Shown here: one piece after another, positions 19,494 through 29,829 of the stretch
How positions within the stretch are numbered: the first letter of the stretch is position 1
How the letters are laid out: the number at the start of each line of letters is the position of its first letter
Virus record (IMG/VR): IMGVR_UViG_3300042892_003815
Coordinates: 32,001 to 96,000 of that record
DNA: 64,000 nt
From: a virus
Reading direction: 5' to 3' (one strand)
The notes under the pieces: model-generated
What the model was told of the DNA's origin: nothing
The model's database searches: none
What the model saw: only the letters and a program-made list of their open reading frames with translations
Made by a program: the position numbers and the translations under genes

Positions 19494-21376
19494 TAGAACA
19501 ATTCAAAGTCAATTTGTTTTCTATCTAAGTCAACTGCTTTAACAATTACTTTTACTTCATCACCTAATCTTACTGATCCACCTGATTTTAAATTTACTGT
19601 ATAGTTTTCTGCATCTACTTTATGATTTCCATTATATCTAACCATACCTTCACATTTACTTTCAATAAGTTCAACATACATTCCCCAGTCAGTTACTCCT
19701 GATATAATTCCATCAAATACTTGTCCGATTTTATCTTCTAAGAATTCAATTTGTTTATATTTAATAGAGTCTCTCTGTGCCTTTGCTGCTAATATTTCTC
19801 TTTCAGAACACCATTTAGCCATACCTTCAATTTTTTGAGGACTTCCATTAGATTTCTTATTTAAGAAGTCTAATAAGACTCTATGAGTAATTAAATCCGG
19901 ATATCTTCTAATTGGTGAAGTAAAGTGAGAATAGTGAGTAAACCCTAATCCATAGTGTCCAGAGTTTACTATTGTATAACTTGCTTTAGACATACATCTT
20001 GTGATTAAAGTTTCTATCATATTTTCTTCTGGTTTACCTTTTATATCAGCAACTAATTCATTTATAGATTTTTTCAAATCTTGTGTATTTTCAACAACAT
20101 CTAAAGTATAACCAAAGTTTTTACATATTAGAGAAAGTGCTTCTAACTTTTCGACATTAGGAGTACTATGCACTCTATAAACATTGTGATACTTAGCATC
20201 ATAAAGAAGTTTTGCGACTAATTTATTTGCAAGTAACATATATTCTTCAATTAGTTTATTTGCATCTTTCTGTTCTTTGAAGAAAACCCCAATAGGTTTC
20301 TTAGTAGTTGGTTCTAATTTGAATCTAACTTCTATACCACCCATTTCGATAGAACCATCACTAATTCTTTGTTTTCTCATTTTTTTAGCAATAGTATCTA
20401 ATAATAGTATTTCTGTTTTGAAATCTCCTTCTTTACCTTCAATTATCTCTTGTGCTTCTTCATAAGAATATCTTCTATCTGAATGTATAACCGTTTTTCC
20501 AAACCATTTATCTAATAGTTTTCCTTCACTATCTAGTTTAACTATAACTGAGAAGCAAAGCTTATCTTCATTAGGTCTTAATGAACATACACCATTACTC
20601 AACCTTTCTGGTAACATTGGTACACATCTATCAACTAAGTAAACAGAGGTTGCTCTTTTAATAGCTTCTTCATCAATTATACCACCTTCTTTAACATAAT
20701 GTGAAACATCTGCGATATGTATACCTACTTCTACTGTATTATCATCAAGTATATTAACCGAAAGAGCGTCGTCAAAATCTTTGGCGTCAACTGGATCAAT
20801 TGTAAATGTTGTAATATTTCTTAAATCTCGTCTGTTATTGATTTCTGATTCAGGAATTGTAAAGTCTATCAATTCCGCTTCGGCTTCTACCATTAAAGGA
20901 AAGTTGTTTGGTAAACCGTACTCATACATTATTGAGTTCATTTCTGTATTATTGTCACCTGAACTACCAAGTATTTCTACTATTTTTGCTTTAGGCGATT
21001 TTGTTCCTGGTTCCCAGTCAATTAGTTCGACAAGAACTTTTTGATCGTGTGTTGCGTCGTGTTCTCCTTTTATATAAAAGTCAACCGCAATTTTTTGACT
21101 ATCTGGTACTACAAATATAAGTCTTTTATTTTCTTTGTTTATTTGTACCTTACCAACAAATTGAGTCCTAAATCTTTCAAGAACTTCTATAACTTCGGCT
21201 TCAATTTTGTTGTTCTTAGTTATTATTTTAATTTTAACTTTATCACCATTAAGTGAGTTAAGTGTATTTTTCTTAAATATGAAGATATTTTTATCTTCTA
21301 TATTTATAGAGGCATTTCCGCTGTTTGCGAAATCGATAGTGCCTTCAAAAACACTATCTTCTTTAATTTTATTCAT
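19493..21376 (-). CDS. rnr: Ribonuclease R (RNB family exoribonuclease)
   Basis: CSD domains, TIDPVDAKDFDDA active site, HFTSPIRRYPD, C-terminal S1 domain. Confidence 0.95.
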   Translation of the reverse strand: MNKIKEDSVFEGTIDFANSGNASINIEDKNIFIFKKNTLNSLNGDKVKIKIITKNNKIEAEVIEVLERFRTQFVGKVQINKENKRLIFVVPDSQKIAVDFYIKGEHDATHDQKVLVELIDWEPGTKSPKAKIVEILGSSGDNNTEMNSIMYEYGLPNNFPLMVEAEAELIDFTIPESEINNRRDLRNITTFTIDPVDAKDFDDALSVNILDDNTVEVGIHIADVSHYVKEGGIIDEEAIKRATSVYLVDRCVPMLPERLSNGVCSLRPNEDKLCFSVIVKLDSEGKLLDKWFGKTVIHSDRRYSYEEAQEIIEGKEGDFKTEILLLDTIAKKMRKQRISDGSIEMGGIEVRFKLEPTTKKPIGVFFKEQKDANKLIEEYMLLANKLVAKLLYDAKYHNVYRVHSTPNVEKLEALSLICKNFGYTLDVVENTQDLKKSINELVADIKGKPEENMIETLITRCMSKASYTIVNSGHYGLGFTHYSHFTSPIRRYPDLITHRVLLDFLNKKSNGSPQKIEGMAKWCSEREILAAKAQRDSIKYKQIEFLEDKIGQVFDGIISGVTDWGMYVELIESKCEGMVRYNGNHKVDAENYTVNLKSGGSVRLGDEVKVIVKAVDLDRKQIDFELF

Positions 21377-21776
21377 TATTTAATTTTTTTTTGTTTTTAG
21401 AAATGTTATCTACTCCATACTTCTGTACTAATGTTTTCTTCATCTTTTCTAAAACTTTTTTATTCTGTATCGGATAATCAACTCCGAAATTTTTTCTTAA
21501 TGTTTCTTTTCTTTTAACTTCAGAACACCTTCTACAATAATAATCTCCCCAATCATTATCATATTTTAAGTAGTTCTTATAGATTACTTCTTTTTCAATT
21601 CCACAAGTGTCACATTTACACTTGATTTTGTAGTGTGATCCTTTTGGTAGTAATTCAACTGGAATTACAATTTCTTCACTTATATATACATCATATCCTA
21701 AATCATCATAATAGTTGTAATTTGATTCAGTGATTTTCACATTTATCTCTCTTGATAGGATCATAAAAAACCGCAT
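21369..21776 (-). CDS. Zn-ribbon plus K(Y/F)GVD repeat protein (homing-endonuclease-type DNA-binding module, no nuclease domain)
   Basis: CKCDTC, YCRRC, KNFGVDYP and QKYGVDNI repeats. Confidence 0.6.
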   Translation of the reverse strand: MRFFMILSREINVKITESNYNYYDDLGYDVYISEEIVIPVELLPKGSHYKIKCKCDTCGIEKEVIYKNYLKYDNDWGDYYCRRCSEVKRKETLRKNFGVDYPIQNKKVLEKMKKTLVQKYGVDNISKNKKKLNNE

Positions 21777-21962
21777 TTTTTTAAGTATTTATTAAATATG
21801 GCGTTTCTCCTCCAAAACTTTTACAAAGATAAAAAATCCACTTGATATACCTAATAAAAATAAAAAAAATATTTTTACCATAAAAAATCCACCTTTAAAA
21901 TTTTATTGTTTTCCAGGTTAAATATATACCATCGTAATAACTACAAAAAATAATTATTTTAA

Positions 21963-24182
21963 ATGAAACCGGTTTTAATAGTAGAAAATTCAACAAGTTC
22001 GCTTATTAGAGAGTCAGCCTCTACTAATAAGGAGTATGTATTGGGTGGTACTTTTACTGAGTTTGGTGTAAAGAATCGTAATGAGAGAATATATCAAGCT
22101 GAGAAATTTTTACCAGCACTACAAGAAATGAATGAAAGAATGAGCAGCCTAGGTGTTGTTTATGGTGAATTCGATCACCCGGATGTCTTTGATACATCGT
22201 TATCAAGAGCATCACACATTATTACAAAAGCAGAATTTGTTGCAGAAAAGAACATAGTTGCTGGAGAAATAAAATTGCTAAGTACTTACTGGGGTAAAGA
22301 AGCTAAATCATTAGTTGACGACGGATGTCCAGTTTTTGTATCATCAAGAGCTGCTGGTATAACAGAATCAGATGGTTCAGTATCATTGAAAAAACTTTTT
22401 ACTTATGACATTGTTGCAGATCCTGGATTTGCATCAGCAAAAATGAGTGTTAGAGTATTAAATGAATCGTTAGGTTTTTGCCCAGAAGGACAAATCGAAA
22501 AAAATAACTTTAGGATATATGAATTATCTGACGAGTCAAAAATAAATGAACTATTCAATATGAACAAAGATGAATTTGTAACCAAGAAACAGTTAAGTGA
22601 CTATTCACAGTATTTGGTTAAAGAGATTGCTTCAACAAAAAGTGAAGTAAAAAATGCAATTTCAAAAGGTAATATGAGCCCACAGAAATTGGAACAATTG
22701 TTAGAGTATTATGAAGAATTAAATAATACTAATTCACAAGTTGCTAAATACTTAGATTATTTAGCTGACAAAATTCAAGTTGTAGTTAATGAAAATAAAT
22801 CATTAAAAGATACAACTGATAAATTGGCTAAACACAATGACTATTTAGCAGAAAATTTAGAAAAAGCTATTGCTTACTCTGAATATGTTGCTGAAAACTT
22901 AGATAAAAACATTGAGTATTCTGAATACTTAGCTGAAAACTTAGACAAAAACATTAACTATTCAGAATATATTGCTGAGAACTTAGATAAAAACATCTCT
23001 TACTCAGAATACTTAGCTGAAAACTTAGATAAAAACATTGAGTATTCTGAATACTTGGCTGAAAATTTAGACAAGAATATTGCTTACTCAGAATATATCG
23101 CTGAAAACTTAGACAAAAACATCGCTTATTCAGAATATATCGCAGAGTCAGTTGATAACTCAATTGCTTACTCAGAATACTTAGCAGAACATGTTGAAGG
23201 TAACATTGCTTACTCAGAATACATTGCTGAACATTTAGATGATAACATCGCTTACTCAGAATATGTTGCAGAAAGTTTAGATAAATCTATTTCTTACCAA
23301 GGAATGATCGTTGAAAGATTAAATGGTGGTTTTAAATTAAATGAATCTACTGAAGAGGGTGATGAAGCACAATTTCCTACATTACAAGACGCTGGTTTTG
23401 AAGAAAATGAGGAAGAATTAGAAGGACAAGGAGAAGGTGAAGAACACGAAGGTCACGAAGATTTTGCCGAAGAAGCTAAAGAATTTGCTGAAGAAGCTAA
23501 AGAATTTGCTGAAGATGCTGCAGAGTTTGCTGGAGAACACGGTGGTGAAGAACACGAAGGTGAAGAACACGAAGGTGAAGAACATGAAGGTGAAGAACAC
23601 GAAGGTGAAGAACACGAAGGTGAAGAAGGTCAAGGATTTGAATCTCAATTTATGGGAGAAGAAGACTCAGAACTATCTGAATCAATAAATAGATTAATTG
23701 AAGAAGCTAAAAAACGTAAAGTTTCTGAAAGCAGTGATTTGAACTTTTTAAAGTTCTTAAACAAATCACAAGTTGATAGCTTTTATGCACTATCAGACGA
23801 AGAGCAAGAAAATGTGAAACTACACATAAACGAAAGTAGTTATTTTACACAAAAAGAAGTTCTTACTTTGATTGCAGAGTCATTATCAACAAAAAATGAA
23901 TCTCTTGAAGAAAGAGTAATCAGATTGATGCCGGAAAACATGAAGCCGATCTGGGGTCAGTTAAACGAATCTGCTAAAAAATCTGTCTTGTCACAAGCTA
24001 GATTATATCCAGAGGATGTATTAAAAACTGAAAATCAAATTGAGCATTTCTGGGGAACTAGAAATATCAAAAAAAATGAATCTACAACTAAGAAATTAGT
24101 AGCACACGAAGCTTTAATCCAAGAAGACAAATTGTCTGATAATGAGATGACTGCAATAATGGAAAGATTCAAAAGTATATAA
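21963..24182 (+). CDS. gp21: Prohead protease (gp21-like) fused to a repetitive scaffold/core domain
   Basis: KNRNERIY, GEFDHP, VSSRAAG, TYDIVADPGF in the N-terminal part, followed by 14-aa repeats and acidic repeats. Confidence 0.9.
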   Translation: MKPVLIVENSTSSLIRESASTNKEYVLGGTFTEFGVKNRNERIYQAEKFLPALQEMNERMSSLGVVYGEFDHPDVFDTSLSRASHIITKAEFVAEKNIVAGEIKLLSTYWGKEAKSLVDDGCPVFVSSRAAGITESDGSVSLKKLFTYDIVADPGFASAKMSVRVLNESLGFCPEGQIEKNNFRIYELSDESKINELFNMNKDEFVTKKQLSDYSQYLVKEIASTKSEVKNAISKGNMSPQKLEQLLEYYEELNNTNSQVAKYLDYLADKIQVVVNENKSLKDTTDKLAKHNDYLAENLEKAIAYSEYVAENLDKNIEYSEYLAENLDKNINYSEYIAENLDKNISYSEYLAENLDKNIEYSEYLAENLDKNIAYSEYIAENLDKNIAYSEYIAESVDNSIAYSEYLAEHVEGNIAYSEYIAEHLDDNIAYSEYVAESLDKSISYQGMIVERLNGGFKLNESTEEGDEAQFPTLQDAGFEENEEELEGQGEGEEHEGHEDFAEEAKEFAEEAKEFAEDAAEFAGEHGGEEHEGEEHEGEEHEGEEHEGEEHEGEEGQGFESQFMGEEDSELSESINRLIEEAKKRKVSESSDLNFLKFLNKSQVDSFYALSDEEQENVKLHINESSYFTQKEVLTLIAESLSTKNESLEERVIRLMPENMKPIWGQLNESAKKSVLSQARLYPEDVLKTENQIEHFWGTRNIKKNESTTKKLVAHEALIQEDKLSDNEMTAIMERFKSI
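22840..23300 (+). repeat. 42-bp/14-aa tandem repeat (YSEY[LIV]AE[NSH][LV]DKNI[AENS]), about 10 copies
   Basis: Visible in DNA and protein. Confidence 0.95.
23540..23630 (+). repeat. 15-bp tandem repeat encoding GEEHE
   Basis: ggtgaagaacacgaa repeated about 5 times. Confidence 0.9.
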
Positions 24183-24270
24183 TCTATAAAAAATCCATAC
24201 TTGCGAAAAACGAGTAAAAACAAGGATATATATAGTATTGTAAAAAAACTAAAAAAAAAATTAAAATTTT

Positions 24271-25992
24271 ATGTCACACATTAGAATAGATAATCAAAAA
24301 GCCATGAAAAAATGGTCTCCAGTGTTGGAAAACATGGGAGTTACAGGTGATAGAGTAGAATGGATGTCAGAATATGCTGAATTTCACTCAATCAACGAAA
24401 ACGCATACGTAAACGGTTCAAACGTTGCTGGTATGGGTGCTGTTGTTGCTGCACAACCTTCTGGATATGCAGGACAAACAATCGGAAACGGTTCATCATT
24501 TGGATTAAATGGTTCACCAGGTTCAGGTGATGTTGGTCAAAACTTGTTACCAGTTGCAATGAAAATTGCTGCTCAAACAATTGGTCTTGACTTAGTTGCT
24601 GTTAAACCAACTCCAGGTCCGAAAATCGATTTACTTTATATTGACTTTCAATATGATGATACTCGTTTAGGAGATGCTGACGAAAAACCACAAGTTTTCA
24701 AAGCACAAGATACAAACTCTACAACTGCTGCTGCTATTACTGCTGCATTAAGAACTGCAATGGCTACTAATAATATCACTGAAACACAAGGTGGTTTATA
24801 TGGTGGTAGATTATGGGTTTCTGGTATCAATGCAAACTCTACAGTTACAACTACAGAAAACCCTAATACTAAAGCTAACTTAGTTGAATTCTTAGGATTC
24901 TCTCGTATCGATGGATACCCAATGTTTAGAGCTTACAGACAAGTAAATACTGCAGCGACTAATAATCCTGGTTCATCAGTAGGTACTAACTGGACATTTG
25001 ATGCAACAAGAAACACATTTGGTGCAACTTCATCAATGAAAGACTCTTTAAAAAGTATTGCTGGTGTAACTACATCTACTGTTGATGTTCAATTAGTATC
25101 TGCATTAGAAGATCACATTCCTGGTTTCTCTGCAAACTGGTTCGGACCTTCAACAGAATCTGCTGGTGCTTACCCAATGTCAAGATTAGAAGATGATAGC
25201 ACTTACTCAGGAGTTATTGGACCAAAAATTTCATCTAAAACAGTTGCTGTTGGTACTATTGAAGTATCTTCTGCACTTAGAAGAACTGAAATTGAAGACA
25301 TCAAAGCTAACACTGGTATGGATATCGTTCAAAAAATGGAATCAATCCTTGTTAATGAATTGTCTCAAACAATCTCTAAACAAATTGTTAATAAAATCTT
25401 CGAAATGGGAGATTTAAACAGAACTAATGCACCTTTAGCAGGAAGTACTTTCTCAAGTTCTATCACTAATCAAACATTGTTTGACTTAGATACTAAATAT
25501 GCTTCAACTAACGTTGGTGGTGAAACTACTCACGCTGTACAAAGAAAATTGATCACGAAAATTGCTCATGCTTCTAACTACATCGCAACAGAAGGACGTG
25601 TTGGGCCAGCTCAATACTTAATCACAAATGGAGGTTTAGCTGCTGCTTTACAAGATATCGCTGGATACACAATCAATCCATTGAAATCTAAAATGAACTC
25701 TCAAGGTCAATTGTACCCAGTAGGTTCAATCGGAGACATCTCTATCTATGTTGATCCATACATGAGATATAACGATAACAGAATCGTTTTAGGAAGAAAA
25801 AATAATCCTGATCAACCAGGTATTATTTTCGTACCTTACTTAATGGCTCAGTCAATTAGCATCATCTCTGAGGCTACATTCGCACCAAGAATGTTACTTA
25901 GATCAAGATATGCAGTAACTGAAGTTGGTTGGTACCCACAAAAACAGTTCATGACTATCAGAGTTTCTGATACTTTAGGATTACTTAACTAA
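24271..25992 (+). CDS. gp23: Major capsid protein, T4 gp23-like (573 aa)
   Basis: KWSPVLE, IGLDLVAVKPTPGP, YVDPY, GIIFVPY, TFAPRMLLRSRY. Confidence 0.92.
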   Translation: MSHIRIDNQKAMKKWSPVLENMGVTGDRVEWMSEYAEFHSINENAYVNGSNVAGMGAVVAAQPSGYAGQTIGNGSSFGLNGSPGSGDVGQNLLPVAMKIAAQTIGLDLVAVKPTPGPKIDLLYIDFQYDDTRLGDADEKPQVFKAQDTNSTTAAAITAALRTAMATNNITETQGGLYGGRLWVSGINANSTVTTTENPNTKANLVEFLGFSRIDGYPMFRAYRQVNTAATNNPGSSVGTNWTFDATRNTFGATSSMKDSLKSIAGVTTSTVDVQLVSALEDHIPGFSANWFGPSTESAGAYPMSRLEDDSTYSGVIGPKISSKTVAVGTIEVSSALRRTEIEDIKANTGMDIVQKMESILVNELSQTISKQIVNKIFEMGDLNRTNAPLAGSTFSSSITNQTLFDLDTKYASTNVGGETTHAVQRKLITKIAHASNYIATEGRVGPAQYLITNGGLAAALQDIAGYTINPLKSKMNSQGQLYPVGSIGDISIYVDPYMRYNDNRIVLGRKNNPDQPGIIFVPYLMAQSISIISEATFAPRMLLRSRYAVTEVGWYPQKQFMTIRVSDTLGLLN

Positions 25993-26012
25993 TCATTAGT
26001 TATTATATTTTC

Positions 26013-26040
26013 AAAAAAAGACCCAATTGGGTCTTTTTTT
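26013..26040 (+). terminator. Intrinsic terminator after MCP
   Basis: AAAAAAAGACCCA-AT-TGGGTCTTTTTTT. Confidence 0.85.
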
Positions 26041-26065
26041 GTTTTATATAAATAATATATATGTT

Positions 26066-26458
26066 ATGAGATTAAAGAAATATAAACAATTTAATGAAAG
26101 TAAAAAAGACAAATTTCCTAATATTAAAAAAATGGAGATCGATGGATTTATTATTCATTTAGGTAAAGATGCAAAATCTAACGATCACTTAACATTTAAT
26201 GTTGCCGATAATGATGATATATGGATGCACGTAAAAGGTGTTCCGGGAAGTCATGTAGTTATTGTTGTTAAGGATAATATACCTACACCAGAAGTTATTA
26301 AAAAGGTTGCAGAAATTGCAAAAGATAATAGTAAAGCAAAAGGTACTGAGAAAGCCACTGTGGTTTACTGTAAAAGTAGATTTGTTTCAAAAAGACCAGG
26401 TATGAATGATGGTCAAGTTATGGTTGATTATAAAAATGCACATGAAGTCACTATATAA
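26066..26458 (+). CDS. NFACT-R (DUF814) RNA-binding domain protein with CTS-like N-terminus
   Basis: IHLGKDAKSNDHLT, DIWMHVKGVPGSHVVI. Start moved to ATG 26066 (MRLKKYKQFNES). Confidence 0.85.
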   Translation: MRLKKYKQFNESKKDKFPNIKKMEIDGFIIHLGKDAKSNDHLTFNVADNDDIWMHVKGVPGSHVVIVVKDNIPTPEVIKKVAEIAKDNSKAKGTEKATVVYCKSRFVSKRPGMNDGQVMVDYKNAHEVTI

Positions 26459-26495
26459 TTTTAATATATAATAAAATAAAAATAAAACATTTTAA

Positions 26496-27872
26496 ATGGC
26501 AAATGATTATAAAATGAAATATGCAGATGAGATAAAGATTGCATTTTCTGCTAGGTTAGTAAAACTTCTAACTACAATGGAAGATGATCATGATGATTAT
26601 ATCGCATATGAACTTAACTGGATGGCAGATCCTAGGTCTAAATATGCCAATGATATGAATATATCTAGATTGGATATTTCTGATTCGGATTATTTCTTTG
26701 ATGCTATAATAGGTGGAAGAAGACAATATATCAAAATAGGAACATTTTTAAGAAGCTATTTCCCTGGTGTTTATGATGAGGAAAGTATTAGAAAATTTTC
26801 TAGTACTATTGTAAATCTTAAAAAAGGTGTGAAGATTCCAGTACAACCAGTTGGTACACCAATAGAACATAAACCATTCGTTTATAATCCTAAAGATGTT
26901 CGTTCAACATTCTTATCATTAGTAACAAAAACTTACCCAATGGGTCATGAAACTGAAGTTTTAGAGTTTTTACCAGACCTAGAAATAGATAAATTTGGTA
27001 ATTATTATAAAGTAATTGCAGGAGATGATACTACAATGTTTACGTCTCACTTAGATACTGCAGATAGAACACAATTACCTACTAAATTATTATCAAAAAT
27101 AGAAGATGGTGATGAGTATATTTATACTGATGGTACGTCTATATTAGGAGCAGATGATAAAGCAGGAGTTGCAGTAATGTTATATATGATGGAAAATAAA
27201 ATACCCGGAATTTATTACTTCTTTATTGGAGAAGAAAGAGGTGGTATTGGTTCAAGAGATTTGGCGAGTGAATATAGTTCATTTGAATTTCTAAAAAATA
27301 TTAAAAAGTGTGTTTCTTTTGATAGAAGAAAAACTGGATCAGTTATTACTTCTCAATATGGTAGAGTTTGTTGTTCAAATGAATTCGCTACCGCACTTTG
27401 TAAAGAATATAATAAAAGTGGATTAAATTTATCTACTGATCCAACAGGAGTATTTACCGATTCTGCATCATTTATAGATGATATATCAGAATGTACTAAT
27501 GTATCTGTTGGATATAATAATGAACATACATTTAGAGAGATACAAAATATGACTTATTTAGAGAAATTAGCAAAAGCTTCTTTAAAAGTAAATTGGTCAC
27601 AATTACCATCTGTAAGAAAAGTAGGTATAAATGAAGAATTATTGAGAAAACATAAAACTTTAATTGATACTGTTAAAAAATCTATCTTTGGTTTAGATGT
27701 TAAAGTAGTTGGTGTTCAAGATAAAATTTTTATTAAAATAGATTTAGACCTTGCGGATGTTAAAACTATCTTTGATACATTATCACAGGTACAAGGTTTA
27801 TTATATAAACACAGAACTGCAGACCCTTATGTTGTTTTTGACGAAACAACTATCAAAATAGAATTAAAATAA
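26496..27872 (+). CDS. M20/M28-family zinc peptidase with extra N-terminal domain
   Basis: TSHLDT, LGADDKAG, FIGEERGGIGS, SFDR, FTDS, VGYNNEH. Confidence 0.85.
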   Translation: MANDYKMKYADEIKIAFSARLVKLLTTMEDDHDDYIAYELNWMADPRSKYANDMNISRLDISDSDYFFDAIIGGRRQYIKIGTFLRSYFPGVYDEESIRKFSSTIVNLKKGVKIPVQPVGTPIEHKPFVYNPKDVRSTFLSLVTKTYPMGHETEVLEFLPDLEIDKFGNYYKVIAGDDTTMFTSHLDTADRTQLPTKLLSKIEDGDEYIYTDGTSILGADDKAGVAVMLYMMENKIPGIYYFFIGEERGGIGSRDLASEYSSFEFLKNIKKCVSFDRRKTGSVITSQYGRVCCSNEFATALCKEYNKSGLNLSTDPTGVFTDSASFIDDISECTNVSVGYNNEHTFREIQNMTYLEKLAKASLKVNWSQLPSVRKVGINEELLRKHKTLIDTVKKSIFGLDVKVVGVQDKIFIKIDLDLADVKTIFDTLSQVQGLLYKHRTADPYVVFDETTIKIELK

Positions 27873-27873
27873 T

Positions 27874-28455
27874 ATGATACAAAAGTATAAAAGATTTATA
27901 GAAAGAGTTGATGATGATGCCTGGGAAGGTACAGATCAAGATTGGAATGATGATTGGGCAGGTGGTTCTAGAAGTGGAAAATCACTACCATCTCGTTTTG
28001 ATATGTCAGGTGAAATTTCAGATGATGATGAAGACTTTTACGATGATGAATACTACGGTCATAACTTTGGTCATTATGATAATAAAGATGGTGATACAGA
28101 TAGGGATCCAGATTTAAGTGATGAGGATATTGAAGATGATGATATGGAACACTTAAAATATCTATTAAGAGGCATGTTTAAAAATAAAGGTATTGAGAAT
28201 GTTTCTATTACAAATGATAACCTAGATTTATCTATTAGATGTTCTATGGGTCACAGAGAAAAATTAAGTGATGTAATAAATGTTTTTGATCTTTTAAATA
28301 AATTAAAAATGGACATTTTACCTCAATATGACTCAGAATTTGATATGTGGGAAAGTCAAAAAGGACAAACTTTAGAATTTGGATTCTATTATGATGAAGG
28401 ATTAAATGATGATACTGATGAAGATTTTGGAGAAGATGATGAAAGTCCATTTTAA
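27874..28455 (+). CDS. Highly acidic hypothetical protein with CTS-like N-terminus (MIQKYKRFIE)
   Basis: ORF track. Confidence 0.75.
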   Translation: MIQKYKRFIERVDDDAWEGTDQDWNDDWAGGSRSGKSLPSRFDMSGEISDDDEDFYDDEYYGHNFGHYDNKDGDTDRDPDLSDEDIEDDDMEHLKYLLRGMFKNKGIENVSITNDNLDLSIRCSMGHREKLSDVINVFDLLNKLKMDILPQYDSEFDMWESQKGQTLEFGFYYDEGLNDDTDEDFGEDDESPF

Positions 28456-28485
28456 TTTTGTATATTTGTAAAAAATTAAACAATT

Positions 28486-29763
28486 ATGACAAAAAATGAA
28501 AGTATAAATCCTTTAGATATAAAGGATACTTTTTTGAAACTAACTGAATATACAATTCCCTATGGTGATGAAACCAAATTGGAGAAATATTTACCAACCG
28601 GATATAAAAAAGATTCTATTGGTAACTACTATATTCAAGTAGGTAATTCAGAAACATTATTCACAACACACTTAGATACTTATTGTACTAAATATGAGAA
28701 GGTAAATCACGTTATCGAAGGTGATATTATTAAAACTGATGAAACAACCATATTAGGTGGTGATAATAAATTAGGAATGTCTATTTTATTATACATGATT
28801 TCTAAAGGAATACCTGGAACTTATTACTTCTTCTTGGGAGAAGAACCAATTTTAAGTGGTGGTTTATGGGGTTCACAAAATGCTTTAAAAGCAGATCCAG
28901 AATTCTTCAAAGGGTTTAAAAGAGCTGTTGCTTTTGATAGAAAACAAACAGGTTCTGTTGTTCTAAGACAGAAGGGTAGATTTTGTTGTTCTATTGACTT
29001 TGCAGATGCATTATCAGATGAACTAACTAATTTAGGTGTTGCTTCTAAACCAGACCCAAACGCTTATTATACAGATACTGCTACTTTCTTAGATATTATT
29101 CCAGAGTGTACTAATATTAGTGCAGGTGGATGGAATGAACACTATAAAACAGAGTATGTTGATTTATCTTATACTAAAAAAGTTGCAGAAGCCGCTTGTA
29201 AAATTGATTGGGAGAACTTACCAACTGAAAGAAAAGTAACTTATTTTGAACCAAAATATAAAATTGCACCAAGACATCGTTTCTCTAATAAGAGTGTTGT
29301 AAAAGAAGTTAAAAGTATTTTAAATAAATATGACTTACTTCACACAAATACATTAGAGTATGATACATATAATACAGATACACTTGTATTTAATACTTGG
29401 TTTGAAGATGTTGATATTAAAGTAACTATTTTAGATGATATTTTAGTTCAAATTGAAGGTCAGAAAGATGTTAAATTTGATTTCAAAGATGTTAAAAAAT
29501 TAAATACATATTTAGGTAACTTATTTGGTATTGATATTAGTCCAGATGATTATAAGATGATGATCTTTACTGACGACTCAGTGAGTGTACTAGGGATGCG
29601 TTTTAAGAGTTTTGAAGACTATGTTAAATACTTTGATAGTATAAACACAGATGATACGTCATATGTCGTTAAAAAGGGTGGTGAACAATATACAGAGTAT
29701 TATGGTGATGTGATACCAAAAGAACTAGTTATTAAGTGGTTTACTGATAATGTTCTTGAATAG
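28486..29763 (+). CDS. M20/M28-family zinc peptidase (second paralog)
   Basis: TTHLDT, LGGDNKLG, FLGEE, AFDR, YTDT, GGWNEH. Confidence 0.85.
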   Translation: MTKNESINPLDIKDTFLKLTEYTIPYGDETKLEKYLPTGYKKDSIGNYYIQVGNSETLFTTHLDTYCTKYEKVNHVIEGDIIKTDETTILGGDNKLGMSILLYMISKGIPGTYYFFLGEEPILSGGLWGSQNALKADPEFFKGFKRAVAFDRKQTGSVVLRQKGRFCCSIDFADALSDELTNLGVASKPDPNAYYTDTATFLDIIPECTNISAGGWNEHYKTEYVDLSYTKKVAEAACKIDWENLPTERKVTYFEPKYKIAPRHRFSNKSVVKEVKSILNKYDLLHTNTLEYDTYNTDTLVFNTWFEDVDIKVTILDDILVQIEGQKDVKFDFKDVKKLNTYLGNLFGIDISPDDYKMMIFTDDSVSVLGMRFKSFEDYVKYFDSINTDDTSYVVKKGGEQYTEYYGDVIPKELVIKWFTDNVLE

Positions 29764-29829
29764 TAAAAAAAAATAAAGCCAAAAACTAAACTTTTTGGCT
29801 TTTTTAATCTAATATATAAACAAACAATT

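Noticed and set aside
22840-23300. Regularly spaced 42-bp repeats as a possible CRISPR array
   Set aside because: They are contiguous in-frame coding repeats with synonymous variation and no unique spacers.
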